DNA of 64,000 nt from Rhodopirellula sp. Lineage in GTDB: Bacteria > Planctomycetota > Planctomycetia > Pirellulales > Pirellulaceae. The notes beneath the pieces were generated by a model that saw only the letters and a program-made list of their open reading frames with translations, was not told the origin of the DNA and did not search any database. A program made the translations under genes and the position numbers. Positions 19,384-29,220 of the stretch are shown piece by piece. The stretch is taken from positions 27,132-91,131 of the forward strand of contig NZHC01000130.1 in the NCBI GenBank assembly GCA_002689655.1, in the 5' to 3' direction. Numbering within the stretch: position 1 is the stretch's first letter; the number at the start of each line of letters is the position of its first letter.

Positions 19384-20994
19384 TCATGGCGTCTGCGGGG
19401 ATCCAAACCGCGTTTCGAACTCGCCAACGGGGTCATAATCGGGTGCGTTATACAGCTGTTGTTGTCGACTGATTTGGCGATTGGGGTAGTAATCGAAAAT
19501 GTCACCGTTCCCAATGATTCTTGGGTCACGCTGCGATGCAAGTTCCTGTTTGAGTTGCCGCCACAAAACAGTTTTGACCTCCTTCATGCGGGGATCGTCG
19601 GCAAGGTTTTGGATGCAGTCAGGGTCCTTTTTTATGTCATAAAGTTCTTCCGGTTTTCGTTTTCCAAAGCTCATTTCATAGAATCGGAAGTCCGGGTCGG
19701 ACATTGACAGGCCCGTTAGATAGGACTTGGTTGGTGACCCATCACAATTCAACAGTCCGTAGGCGGGGTCACCTCCAGGCCAGCGATCGGGTTTGAAGTT
19801 TCGCACATAAAGATAATCATCGTTGCGAATGGCTCGGACGGGATAGCCCACCGAAAGTTGGTCGCCATCAGTTCGGCCGATGTCGTGACGCTCTTTTCCC
19901 AGCAGCGTGTGATCGCGATCAGGGTCAATGCGGCCCGATTTTGTTGACAAGAGCTGCGGTAAGAAACTTTGTCCCGTGATTTGCGGATGCAGCTTGGCAC
20001 CGGCAGCCTGCATGATGGTTGGGGCTACGTCAGGAAACGTAACAAAGTCGGTGACCACACGACCCGCCTTGATTCGAGCTCCCCAACGAACCGCCAGTGG
20101 AATGTGAAAACCATCATCGTAGATTTGACCCTTCACGCGAGGGAATGGCATGCCGTGATCACTGGTGGCAATGACAAGCGTGTTTTCCAGCATGCCCCGC
20201 TTTTCGAGTTGCTCCAAAGCACCACCGATGTGATGGTCGTACCATTCAACCTCGATGGCGTAGTCAGCCAAGTCTCCGCGGATCGTGGGATTGTCAGGAT
20301 AATAAGCCGGCACGGTCACCTTACTCAGATCGCGTCCATCCAGTTTCCAGTTGTCCTTTCCGTAGCTTCGGTGGGGCTCTTTGGTTCCGAACCAGAAACA
20401 AAAGGGTTGCTGTTCCGGCAGTTGTTTTAAGAACTCCTCAAAGTTACCCGCGTAATCAATGCTATTGATTCCTTTGTAGGGAGGCTTGAGTTTTTTGGTG
20501 AGGAAGGGACGTCCCGCCGGGTTGAGTTTGTCTTTCGATTTGCTGGCATCGTAACCACTGAATTCTCCCGGTCCCCATCCTTTTCCGGTATAGCCGACGC
20601 AGTAACCTGCGTCCTCAAGAAGAAAGGGATAAAACGCCCAGCGGTCACTGAGAAAGGGATTGTGGTTGCATGCTTCCTGCAGTTGCCATGAATAGCGTCC
20701 CGTCAAAAGGCAAGCTCGCGCGGGTGCACATTTGGGATTGCAGTTATACGCCTGAGTGAAAAGTACCCCTTCACGTGCGATGCGATCAAAATTGGGGGTT
20801 TCGACGTAAGTGCTGCCGTAAACCCCCATGCTATCCCGGGACGCATCGTCCGCAATGATGAACAGGATGTTGGGACGTTCTGTTGTGGCAGGTGTAGCCG
20901 CATTAACTAATCGAGCGAGGCAGGTTGGTAACATGAAAGCCAAAATAGCAATCACGTCGTGGGAACACTTGTTGGCGTGGAGCAGGTTGGGCAT
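19384..20994 (-). CDS. Sulfatase (Cys-type, formylglycine)
   Basis: RPNILFIIADD, CAPARACLLTGRY (CxPxR), SDHG and EELYD. Confidence 0.93.
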   Translation of the reverse strand: MPNLLHANKCSHDVIAILAFMLPTCLARLVNAATPATTERPNILFIIADDASRDSMGVYGSTYVETPNFDRIAREGVLFTQAYNCNPKCAPARACLLTGRYSWQLQEACNHNPFLSDRWAFYPFLLEDAGYCVGYTGKGWGPGEFSGYDASKSKDKLNPAGRPFLTKKLKPPYKGINSIDYAGNFEEFLKQLPEQQPFCFWFGTKEPHRSYGKDNWKLDGRDLSKVTVPAYYPDNPTIRGDLADYAIEVEWYDHHIGGALEQLEKRGMLENTLVIATSDHGMPFPRVKGQIYDDGFHIPLAVRWGARIKAGRVVTDFVTFPDVAPTIMQAAGAKLHPQITGQSFLPQLLSTKSGRIDPDRDHTLLGKERHDIGRTDGDQLSVGYPVRAIRNDDYLYVRNFKPDRWPGGDPAYGLLNCDGSPTKSYLTGLSMSDPDFRFYEMSFGKRKPEELYDIKKDPDCIQNLADDPRMKEVKTVLWRQLKQELASQRDPRIIGNGDIFDYYPNRQISRQQQLYNAPDYDPVGEFETRFGSPQTP

Positions 20995-21361
20995 TTTGGA
21001 TCGCGTGGTGGCGTTTCAGGTTGAGGTGAGGTTTGATGGTCAGGTTGAACGAGAAATATTACAAACGGGATTTGCATTTTAAGCGTGACGGAAGATGCTT
21101 TGTCAATCTGATTTATGCCGCGTAGCATGAAGTTCTGGATCGACAAATCAAAACTGTTGGAAAGTCGCCGGTTGGGTTAGGAATAAAAAGTGGGCTGTGC
21201 AGGAAACGAGCAGCAATTATGATCGCGGATGGGAAATGTGTGTGATTTGTTCATGCAGTGATGGCTCTTACTAAAATTTGCTCTTTTTACGCATCTATCG
21301 GTGAACAGCTTGGGACTTGACTTTCCCGCGGTGTAACTAAAACAACAATCGAAAAAGATTA

Positions 21362-22186
21362 ATGAAGCTTGAAAACGGTCAGCTAGCAAAGTTGGAAGCC
21401 ATTGCCAGAGACGCTGGGGCTGGGATCTTGAGTGTGTATGAATCAGACGATTTTGATGTCGAGTCCAAAGGTGACGGTTCACCATTGACGAGAGCTGACC
21501 GATTGGCGCACGAGATCATCGTTGCCGGTCTCGCTGAAATGACACCGGAAATACCTGTGGTGTCTGAGGAGTCAGACAAGGAAGAAATGGAAGCACGGCT
21601 TTCTTGGGACCTATTCTGGTTGGTTGACCCATTGGACGGCACGAAAGAATTTATCAAACGTAACGGTGAATTCACGGTCAACATTGCGCTCGTTCATCAC
21701 GGGCAACCGGTTTATGGTGTGGTTTATGCTCCCGTACTTGATAGCTGTTTCTGCGGTGGGCCGGGCTATGGAGCGTGCAAGGTGGATGGTGATGAACGTC
21801 ATCGCCAGAAGATTGTGGTTGCCGGCAAGAGCGATGGACTGATGACTGTGGTTGCGAGTCGCTCGCACCGAGGTGAGGCCGTTGAGGCATTCATCTCCAC
21901 ATTGACGCAGCGCTTCGGCGAACCTGAAGTGCGAAGCATGGGAAGCTCTCTGAAGATATGTTTAGTGGCGACAGGCGAAGCAGATATCTATCCACGATTG
22001 GGCCCCACATGTGAGTGGGATACTGCCGCTGCTCATGCTGTGGTGCTTGGTGCCGGAGGAAAAGTGACCAACGTTTGCGGTGAGCCGTTGGTTTACAACA
22101 AAGAAAATATTCTCAATCCGTGGTTTCTTGTCTTTGGCAATGGAGATTGTGACTGGCCCGGATTCGTGCCGCAAAGTGCGGAGTGA
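21362..22186 (+). CDS. cysQ: 3'(2'),5'-bisphosphate nucleotidase CysQ
   Basis: SPLTRAD, VVSEE, DPLDGTKEF, GSSLK and EWDTAAAHAV. Confidence 0.93.
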   Translation: MKLENGQLAKLEAIARDAGAGILSVYESDDFDVESKGDGSPLTRADRLAHEIIVAGLAEMTPEIPVVSEESDKEEMEARLSWDLFWLVDPLDGTKEFIKRNGEFTVNIALVHHGQPVYGVVYAPVLDSCFCGGPGYGACKVDGDERHRQKIVVAGKSDGLMTVVASRSHRGEAVEAFISTLTQRFGEPEVRSMGSSLKICLVATGEADIYPRLGPTCEWDTAAAHAVVLGAGGKVTNVCGEPLVYNKENILNPWFLVFGNGDCDWPGFVPQSAE

Positions 22187-22223
22187 TCGGCGGCGCATGT
22201 CGCTTAGTCCAAAGGCTTCTGCT

Positions 22224-22270
22224 GGACCTGATTCTCAAGGGACCTGATTCTCAAGGGATTGGTTCTTAAG
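22224..22270. repeat. 16-bp tandem repeat GGACCTGATTCTCAAG x2 plus degenerate third copy
   Basis: Read directly from the sequence. Confidence 0.9.
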
Positions 22271-22414
22271 GACCCTTTTCAAAGGCCTACCGCCCGCGTC
22301 TTTTGCATCAGTTTCGGCTCACAGTGCCTTTGTGATTTATGTCGGAGGCACCGAGTGTGCAACCGGTTCATGCTGGTGATGAGAATTTGTTTTGGGCTTA
22401 AACGTTTGGTCGGA

Positions 22415-23365
22415 TCAGCGTGTTCCGCTGGGCATGACGGCGTCGCGGAAGGCGGACATGGCTGCGTCGCGGAATTCAGGTTGGTCAAGTAACTCCAGCA
22501 CGGCAGGGTGATTCAAAAGCTTGATAGCGAGTTCTTTGCTCGCTGGTTTGTTCGAGTTCAGAAGTTTTGTAATTTCAGGGTCCTCGTTAAGCTTGGCAAT
22601 CGTATCAGAGACATCTTCTCTGTTTTTCAATTCTTTGATGGCCGGTTGGTCAAAAAGAGCATTCACCTTGGAGGGGTCCATCAAGACCTCCATGCCTCGC
22701 TGCCATTCGTCAACGTGGCTGAGTTGGGGAATATGTTCGAATGGATTGAAGCGGGCGACGATCGGAGCAAGCCGACTTGCCTGTGTTTGCTGACTTGTTT
22801 TGTCGAGGATCTCGGCAAGCAACTTCGCTCGGCCTGTGGGTGGGATCCGCTCGCTGAGACGTTCAGCATTGACCTTTTGAATTGTTACCATGCCACCAAG
22901 CAGGATTACCACCACGAGGAATCCTTGGATCCCACCGAGTAGAAAACCAAGCCAATGGTTTAGGAGCGTTGTTTTGGGGCGTCCTTGAAGGACGCGGTTT
23001 CCAATTTTTAGGGTCACAATCACAGTGACTAAAAAAACCAACAGGCCGGTGACGAGAACTGCATAGAAGCGGTTTGCCAACCCGGTGGTCCCGACCCAAT
23101 CAGAGAACGTGTTCTCAAATTGCATTCCCAGGTAAGGTGCCAGGTAAAACGTTGCGGTTGCAGATGTCAAGAACGCGAGAGCCTTGCTCGCACCCGTTTT
23201 GAATCCTCCGAACGCCGCGAAGGCGATCGCCAAAGTTGCTGCAGCGGATATCCAGTCACTTTTGTTGCAATAGTAGCCAAACAAGCCGAGCACAGCAATC
23301 AATAGCAGTAGAGCCAATAATGCTCCCATGCGAGGACGTGATTGAATGGGGAGTTCTTCACTCAT
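22415..23365 (-). CDS. CvpA family membrane protein with extended helical C-terminus
   Basis: AFGGFKTGAS and LNHWLGFLLGGIQG resemble CvpA; 4-5 TM segments. Confidence 0.7.
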   Translation of the reverse strand: MSEELPIQSRPRMGALLALLLLIAVLGLFGYYCNKSDWISAAATLAIAFAAFGGFKTGASKALAFLTSATATFYLAPYLGMQFENTFSDWVGTTGLANRFYAVLVTGLLVFLVTVIVTLKIGNRVLQGRPKTTLLNHWLGFLLGGIQGFLVVVILLGGMVTIQKVNAERLSERIPPTGRAKLLAEILDKTSQQTQASRLAPIVARFNPFEHIPQLSHVDEWQRGMEVLMDPSKVNALFDQPAIKELKNREDVSDTIAKLNEDPEITKLLNSNKPASKELAIKLLNHPAVLELLDQPEFRDAAMSAFRDAVMPSGTR

Positions 23366-23587
23366 TGGGCCTGATTTCTAAAGAGTTTCGGATCAGCCAT
23401 TATCATAAGCGCTGCCGGCACGAGACGCATTTGCTTCACCATGCATTTCACACGACTGCCGTTGGAACGCTCTGCCAGGCCCGATTGTGACGGTTGTGAC
23501 GCGTTGCTCGGATCGCTTTGAATTACCGGTCTGGAACGGTCGATCCCACCTAGGTGTCCCGACCTGATCACTTCGAGGAAGAATTCC

Positions 23588-24367
23588 ATGACGATGCAAT
23601 GTGATGCATTATCTGAGCATCGAGCACAGAATCTATCTGTGTTGCTGGCTGTATTCGTCAGTATCGGCTCAGTGAATGCATTTGCTCAAAATCCTATGCC
23701 TACGGAGTCCGCAGCGGAGCAGCCTGCTGCCGGAAGTCAGATCAAGCAAAAAACAGCTAACGAGGAAGCCGCTACCGGTTCAAACGCCAAAGTGGTTGAT
23801 GGCATGATTGATGGGGATATTCCATCAGCAGTGTCCGACTCGATTATTCCCAAGGTATTGTCAGCTTCGGAGCAAAGCAAGTTGGGGATGACACAAGCAC
23901 GGTTCGCATTGCCGGCCTTAGCTGCGGCATCGACAGCGTTGCCCGATGGAAAAGGCGATGGTGATCGGTATCCTGAAACGTTTGTGCAGCAGTTTGGTGA
24001 GTTCGCGGAGCCCTTGCCGGAATCTGGGGCGGATCGGAGTGCTGACTGGGATTGGTCTTGGTGTTACTGGTCGGCAGCCAATACCTTCTCGAACCCTCGC
24101 TACTTTGAAGACCGTATGCTGGAACGGCATGGGCAGGAATGTATAGCCTGTTTGCAACCGCTGGCTTCAGGGGCACGTTTCTTTGGCACTGTGCCGATGC
24201 TGCCTTATCTGTGGACGATTTCCAATCCATGCGAATCAGAATATTCGCTTGGGTATTTTCCTGCCGGGCAATGTGTTCCGATCATGATGCAACGCCCACC
24301 TTACGAAAATCGTGCTGCGGTAGTCGAGGCAGGAGCAGCCGCTGCGTTGATTATCGGTTTCCCGTAG
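23588..24367 (+). CDS. Secreted planctomycete-type hypothetical protein
   Basis: Signal peptide ending AFA-Q and a conserved-looking C-terminal PRYFEDRMLERHG...SGARFFGTVPMLPY block. Confidence 0.7.
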   Translation: MTMQCDALSEHRAQNLSVLLAVFVSIGSVNAFAQNPMPTESAAEQPAAGSQIKQKTANEEAATGSNAKVVDGMIDGDIPSAVSDSIIPKVLSASEQSKLGMTQARFALPALAAASTALPDGKGDGDRYPETFVQQFGEFAEPLPESGADRSADWDWSWCYWSAANTFSNPRYFEDRMLERHGQECIACLQPLASGARFFGTVPMLPYLWTISNPCESEYSLGYFPAGQCVPIMMQRPPYENRAAVVEAGAAAALIIGFP

Positions 24368-24445
24368 GCTTTCGCTGGGTCGCTAGGGACGCTAGAACAT
24401 TGGTCAGTCAACGGACTTGAATCTACTCGCAATCAATGGCTGTTC

Positions 24446-24985
24446 ATGTTTTATTTGCTGATTGTTATCGCCGCAGCTAGCCGTTTTCTGCCGCATCCCC
24501 CCAATGTGGCCTGCGTGACTGCTCTTGGCCTGTTCGCGGGCTGTTACCTCTCAGGATCTCGGGCTTATCTCGTACCACTTGCCGTGCTTGCGGGGAGTGA
24601 CTTGTTGGGGCATTCGTTGGGGATTCCTGGCATGGGGCTGTACAGTCCCCTTGCAATGGGATTTGTCTACGCTGGGACCGTGGCGGCTGTCCCCGTGGGA
24701 CGCTGGATCGCGAAGCGGCAAGGTAAGCTCCGGGTAATAAGTGGAGCCTTGTTGGCATCTTGTCTGTTCTTTCTGGTTAGCAATCTGGGAGTTTGGGCTG
24801 CCGGGTGGTATCCAATGACTGGGGCAGGTTTAGCTGCTTGCTTCACCAATGCAATCCCATTTTTCGGATACAGCGTTGTTGGTGATTTGTGTTTCAGCAT
24901 GCTGCTATTTGGAGCTTGGGAGTGGGCGGGAGTAGAGTCTCGTCTGCAACGCCCCGTACCCGTCTCCTCGCGTCTTCGTTTATGA
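24446..24985 (+). CDS. DUF6580-like putative transport (ECF S-component-like) membrane protein
   Basis: SRFLPHPPN, FFLVSNLGVW, YPMTGAGLAACFTNAIPFF and VVGDL. Confidence 0.75.
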   Translation: MFYLLIVIAAASRFLPHPPNVACVTALGLFAGCYLSGSRAYLVPLAVLAGSDLLGHSLGIPGMGLYSPLAMGFVYAGTVAAVPVGRWIAKRQGKLRVISGALLASCLFFLVSNLGVWAAGWYPMTGAGLAACFTNAIPFFGYSVVGDLCFSMLLFGAWEWAGVESRLQRPVPVSSRLRL

Positions 24986-25104
24986 AACCGTCGTCGAAAC
25001 GCAACATGGCTGGCCAACCGAGTTTCTTGGAGATTCTTTGAAACGCGAAGAAGCAGGGCCTGCGTTGATGGATGTCCCCGACTTGGTGTCTCGCCATGAC
25101 CAAC

Positions 25105-25136
25105 GACTACTCTGACGCTGGACTACTCTGACGCTG
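25105..25136. repeat. 16-bp tandem repeat GACTACTCTGACGCTG x2
   Basis: Read directly from the sequence. Confidence 0.9.
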
Positions 25137-25647
25137 GAAAAATTTGCAAATTTCCTCGGTAGGATGTTCAGGTCGCCAAGTGATTGTTGCCTTCGGTTCT
25201 GGTTCCCCGCTTGCATTCGCGGATCGCCGGCGATCATGATTCAGGTAGCTTTTCTTGACCACAGCAACATGTGTTTCGAGGCGATGATATCGCTGCCGAG
25301 TAAACCTTGTGTGTGGTCGGGTTGGGCTCCATTACAGGCTCATTTCAGTATTTCTGACTTTGAAAGTCTTTCTGTGGCTGCCTGCATCTTTGGCATGGTG
25401 CCGGCACAGAATAGTGTTCGCGTGCGATGAAATGATCATGAAATGGGGTTGTTTCCACTTCTGTTGCAACCGTCGGCGTCCGCATGTCCTGTCTAATAAC
25501 TCACTGGCCTTAAGCTGTACTGCATGCGGTATGGGGGCCTGTTAGACTGTGTGACCCAACGCGGTCTGTGTTCGCGATGTAACGTCAGCCGAGTGTAAGC
25601 TGATGTGGATAGTTCAATGAAAGACAACCACGCCTACAGGAACTGAG

Positions 25648-26571
25648 ATGAAGAAACGACTGACTCAGATGCTCACTGCCATGCTATTTGTGATCTGTTG
25701 CTGGGCGCCCTTGCTATTGCAGGCTGCTGAGATCCAACATTCGTTCTTTGTTGCTGGTCCGGACTTTACCGGAATCGTCGGGGAAGATGGTAAGCCCAAG
25801 TGGGATTCGGGACGAGCAGGAGCACGTGATGGTTGGGTCTTGCCAAACGGCAATGTGCTGATTGCCTGGGGAGACATTGTGCGGGAATTCACTCCAGAGA
25901 AAGAAGTGGTTTTTGAATACAAATTGAATTCACCGAACAAAGAAATCGGCACGGTACAACGGCTTCCTGATGGTAACACTTTGATAACAGAACTCGGGAG
26001 CAAGCCTCGGTTGCTGGAAGTGAAGTCCAGCGGGGAAGTCGCAGTGGATGTCGCATTGAAGCCCGAGACGGACAACGCACACATGCAAACACGCATGGCC
26101 AGAAAATTGGAGAACGGTAATTACTTGGTCCCACACCTTTTGGCTTTCAAGGTAAAAGAGTACAGCCCTGAGGGAAAGGTTGTCAGTTCGTTTGCCACGG
26201 ATATGGAAGCGTTGGGAGGCCGAGACGCAAAAAACTGGCCATTCACTGCCATTCGGTTTGAAAATGGAAACACTCTGGTCTGTTTAACCAATGGCAACAA
26301 AGTGGTTGAAATGGACGCTGAGGGAAACGTGGTTTGGAAAGTCAGTAACAAAGATTTGCCTGGAAATCCCATTGATGACGCCTGTGGTGGACAGCGGCTT
26401 CCTAATGGGAACACCGTGATCACGGCCTATCACGCCAGAAAGGGCATCAAACTGCTTGAGGTCACACCCGCGAAAGAAATTGTATGGACTTTTGAGGGAC
26501 CGTATCGAGCACACCATTTCCAAGTGCTCACGACCAATGGAAAACCTCTTGCCGGTCCGCCTTTACGCTAA
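25648..26571 (+). CDS. Secreted beta-propeller protein (arylsulfotransferase/PQQ-like repeats)
   Basis: Signal peptide and five LPNGN(V/T)LI-type blade repeats (LPNGNVLI, LPDGNTLI, LENGNYLV, FENGNTLV, LPNGNTVI). Confidence 0.75.
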   Translation: MKKRLTQMLTAMLFVICCWAPLLLQAAEIQHSFFVAGPDFTGIVGEDGKPKWDSGRAGARDGWVLPNGNVLIAWGDIVREFTPEKEVVFEYKLNSPNKEIGTVQRLPDGNTLITELGSKPRLLEVKSSGEVAVDVALKPETDNAHMQTRMARKLENGNYLVPHLLAFKVKEYSPEGKVVSSFATDMEALGGRDAKNWPFTAIRFENGNTLVCLTNGNKVVEMDAEGNVVWKVSNKDLPGNPIDDACGGQRLPNGNTVITAYHARKGIKLLEVTPAKEIVWTFEGPYRAHHFQVLTTNGKPLAGPPLR

Positions 26572-26918
26572 TCTGAGCGGTAATGCCACTCGCCATGCAG
26601 GATCACCACCCAACACTCGAGTGAAAGGATTTTCCGAGTCTTGTGGATCAATTTCTGGTTTGCAATGAACTGTCGATTGGGATGGAAGAACGAGGTTTAT
26701 CTATTGTGGTTGTGGGTGGCAGCTAGCCGAGGTGCATTGCCTGAACGTAATTGTTTTGGCTAGTCTTGTTTTCTTCTTATTTCTTAAAACGAATTAAACA
26801 GTGACGAGTTAACAACGGAATAAAAACGGTATTTCCTTGCGCCCAAGAACGGTCTGATTACTGCCAATCAAGAATAGAAGTCGTTTGAAACTTGTATTTG
26901 GTAAATGGAGTATCAGTC

Positions 26919-27320
26919 ATGTCCAGCGAAACCTGCTTATTGGTAGCTTCGCCATCAATGTTTCGAAACCGTCCGTTCAGTTTTCTCCTGGTTTGCGCGT
27001 TGTCTGTGGTGGGGATCGGAATTCCCATTCTGGTGATCTGGTTTTTCCGTTGCCGGAGCACGCAACTGACCGTGACTGACTTGCGCACCTGTTTACATCG
27101 GGGGTGGCTGAGTCGTTCCATTACGGAGGTATGGCACCGCGATGTGCGGAACGTGCAGATAGAGCAGACATTCTTTCAGAGGTTGTTTGGCGTAGGGCGA
27201 ATGGGGATCTCGAGTGCCGCACAGTCATCGATTGAGATCGAAGTGTCTGGTTTGCGAAATTGCGACAAAATCAAGCAAATCATAGACAAGAACAGGGTTT
27301 CGAGCAGGCGTGCCGCTTGA
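26919..27320 (+). CDS. bPH_2 (PH-domain) membrane protein
   Basis: One hydrophobic hairpin, then RGWLSRSITEV..DVRNVQIEQTFFQRLFGVG; GGAG RBS before the ATG at 26919. Confidence 0.85.
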   Translation: MSSETCLLVASPSMFRNRPFSFLLVCALSVVGIGIPILVIWFFRCRSTQLTVTDLRTCLHRGWLSRSITEVWHRDVRNVQIEQTFFQRLFGVGRMGISSAAQSSIEIEVSGLRNCDKIKQIIDKNRVSSRRAA

Positions 27321-27498
27321 TGTGCTGGCATCTGATCAGCACGGATCTGAATACGTCCTTATGATTTTCAGTCGTGACGAGGGACGTCAGTGAGTGGGAA
27401 ACTTTGAAGCCGAGCCAAAATGAGAAAAGGTGTTTGAAAACACGGGCTCAAAACGGGAACAGTGGATTTCTCGGGTGGGGGCCCGGCAGTTCTGCCTA

Positions 27499-27564
27499 CG
27501 TTCAGTTCATGATCGTTCAGTTCATGATCGTTCAGTTCATGATCGTTCAGTTCATGATCGTTCA
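27499..27564. repeat. 15-bp tandem repeat CGTTCAGTTCATGAT x4.4
   Basis: Four perfect copies plus CGTTCA, with no spacers. Confidence 0.95.
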
Positions 27565-27708
27565 AGGCTTGGCGTTACCATCATCGAGGCAACGCTTTGC
27601 GGACCTTGCTGGCAGGACACCAACGCTGTGACGCTGCCGTGACGGGTGCGTGAAAGATTTGGGATCCCGGTCCAAAGCCCCTGGCATACTGAAAATCAAT
27701 ACCGCACA

Positions 27709-29022
27709 TCATAGCGCCCGCCGATACTCGCCCCCGGAGCCTTCAGCGAGATGCTTCAAAAAGGATTCCGTGCGTGGATTAACTGCGATACCGATCGTGT
27801 TGAAGTTGAGGTGCCGAAAGCGATTACGGCCAAGAATATCGACAAGAATTTTCTCAGGGTCTACAGTTTCACCAATCGTCGGTCTGCCATCGGTCAGCAG
27901 AAAGACAGTCTCCAAGTCTTGGTCAAAGGTGAGAGACTGACGCAAGGCGCCGTAGGTATTGGTTCGGTCTCCGTACCCAAGCCTACGGACGAAGGCGATG
28001 GCTTCGAGCTTGTTTTTTTCGTTTGCATGCACCAATGTCTTTCTCCAAACGCGGACACTGGTCGCGTAAAACATGATTGCGAATTCAGTTTCCTCAGGCA
28101 GTTCCCTGATTACCTTGATCAGTTCCAGCTTGGCTCTGGCAAGGCGACTCATCCCAGCCCAGTAATCTTCCATGCTGCCAGAGTGGTCGATAATGAACAT
28201 CATACGCTGGGCGTGAATATCGATACCGTAGTACTGCTGCTTCGCAAACTTGATGCGGTTCATTGACTCAGACTCGTACCCGGCCGTCTTGAAAACAATT
28301 TTTTCTTGTTCGTCCGCTGCTTTTGTTTCCTGTGCGGGTTCGTTGCGTTCCAGCCAAACGCGAAAGCGTTCTTCATCTCCCAAAAAGTCGGACACGGTGA
28401 CTGATTCAAGGGCTGTCCCAATCAAGTGCTGCAATTGCCCGTCAAGTGTGGGATGAATTTTTGTCAGAAATTCAACCGCGTCGGGATGGTTCATCCGCGT
28501 GAAAGCGCGTAACAGGTTGAATCGATAACCGTACATTTCTTTGTATTCAGGACGACTGATTTCTTCCTTCAATGCATCAATGGCACCATGGAATTGAAAT
28601 TGCCCCAGTACGTCGGTCGAGAGGAGACGAATGCCTGCGAGGGGCGAATCCAGCCTGCTGATGAGGAACGACTCAACTTCGGGTTCATGAAGACCGCCGA
28701 TTAGGTACAGCAGCTGAGAAGTACTCGCGCGGATGTTTTTTTCGATCTCCGCTGACTCGATGTTCTGCCGAGAAGCAGCCAAGAGGATGGGGAGTTCAGC
28801 GAGGAGATGGACCGACTGCTGTTTGCAATTCAGGATGGTTCGCAGCCGTGTCGGCTCACTAGCCGCAGTCAAGCCGCGGAATACCGCAGATTTCCGGAGT
28901 TCTCGATTTTCTGCAGCGGCCGCCGCCACCGCCTCATCACGTGCGTGACTATTCGGTTTTGGGAGGAGGAGGTTTAGACAGCCTGCCACCAGCACCAAAA
29001 GCAGTGGGTATGTGTATTTCAC
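27709..29022 (-). CDS. Secreted HEAT-repeat + von Willebrand factor A domain protein
   Basis: Signal peptide, N-terminal HEAT-like helices, and MIDAS motif DHSGSM ... TNTYGAL ... LLTDG. Confidence 0.85.
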   Translation of the reverse strand: MKYTYPLLLVLVAGCLNLLLPKPNSHARDEAVAAAAAENRELRKSAVFRGLTAASEPTRLRTILNCKQQSVHLLAELPILLAASRQNIESAEIEKNIRASTSQLLYLIGGLHEPEVESFLISRLDSPLAGIRLLSTDVLGQFQFHGAIDALKEEISRPEYKEMYGYRFNLLRAFTRMNHPDAVEFLTKIHPTLDGQLQHLIGTALESVTVSDFLGDEERFRVWLERNEPAQETKAADEQEKIVFKTAGYESESMNRIKFAKQQYYGIDIHAQRMMFIIDHSGSMEDYWAGMSRLARAKLELIKVIRELPEETEFAIMFYATSVRVWRKTLVHANEKNKLEAIAFVRRLGYGDRTNTYGALRQSLTFDQDLETVFLLTDGRPTIGETVDPEKILVDILGRNRFRHLNFNTIGIAVNPRTESFLKHLAEGSGGEYRRAL

Positions 29023-29220
29023 AGGATCCCCGATTTGGTATCAACGGAAAAGTTGGGTCGCGTCCCGCCCACTGTTTGACACGGCGGCGCGACCTCAAAC
29101 AGAACAGCGGCAGATACTTGAATGTATCAACGGTAGACGCCTGCGTCAAAAAAAACACGGGAATTCAGCGCGGGTCACAACAATCCGTCTTGGTGAACAA
29201 CGGCAAGGCGAACCTGATCG

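Noticed and set aside
23366-25647. Cobalamin riboswitch near DUF6580
   Set aside because: No B12-box-like motif was seen on either strand by eye; an Infernal scan would be decisive.
27499-27564. CRISPR array
   Set aside because: The 15-bp units are contiguous with no spacers, and there are no cas genes in the window.
27368-27642. Small ORFs with NDHEL / VQFMI / SVHDR repeats
   Set aside because: All three are translations of the same DNA repeat in different frames, with no RBS or other coding signal.
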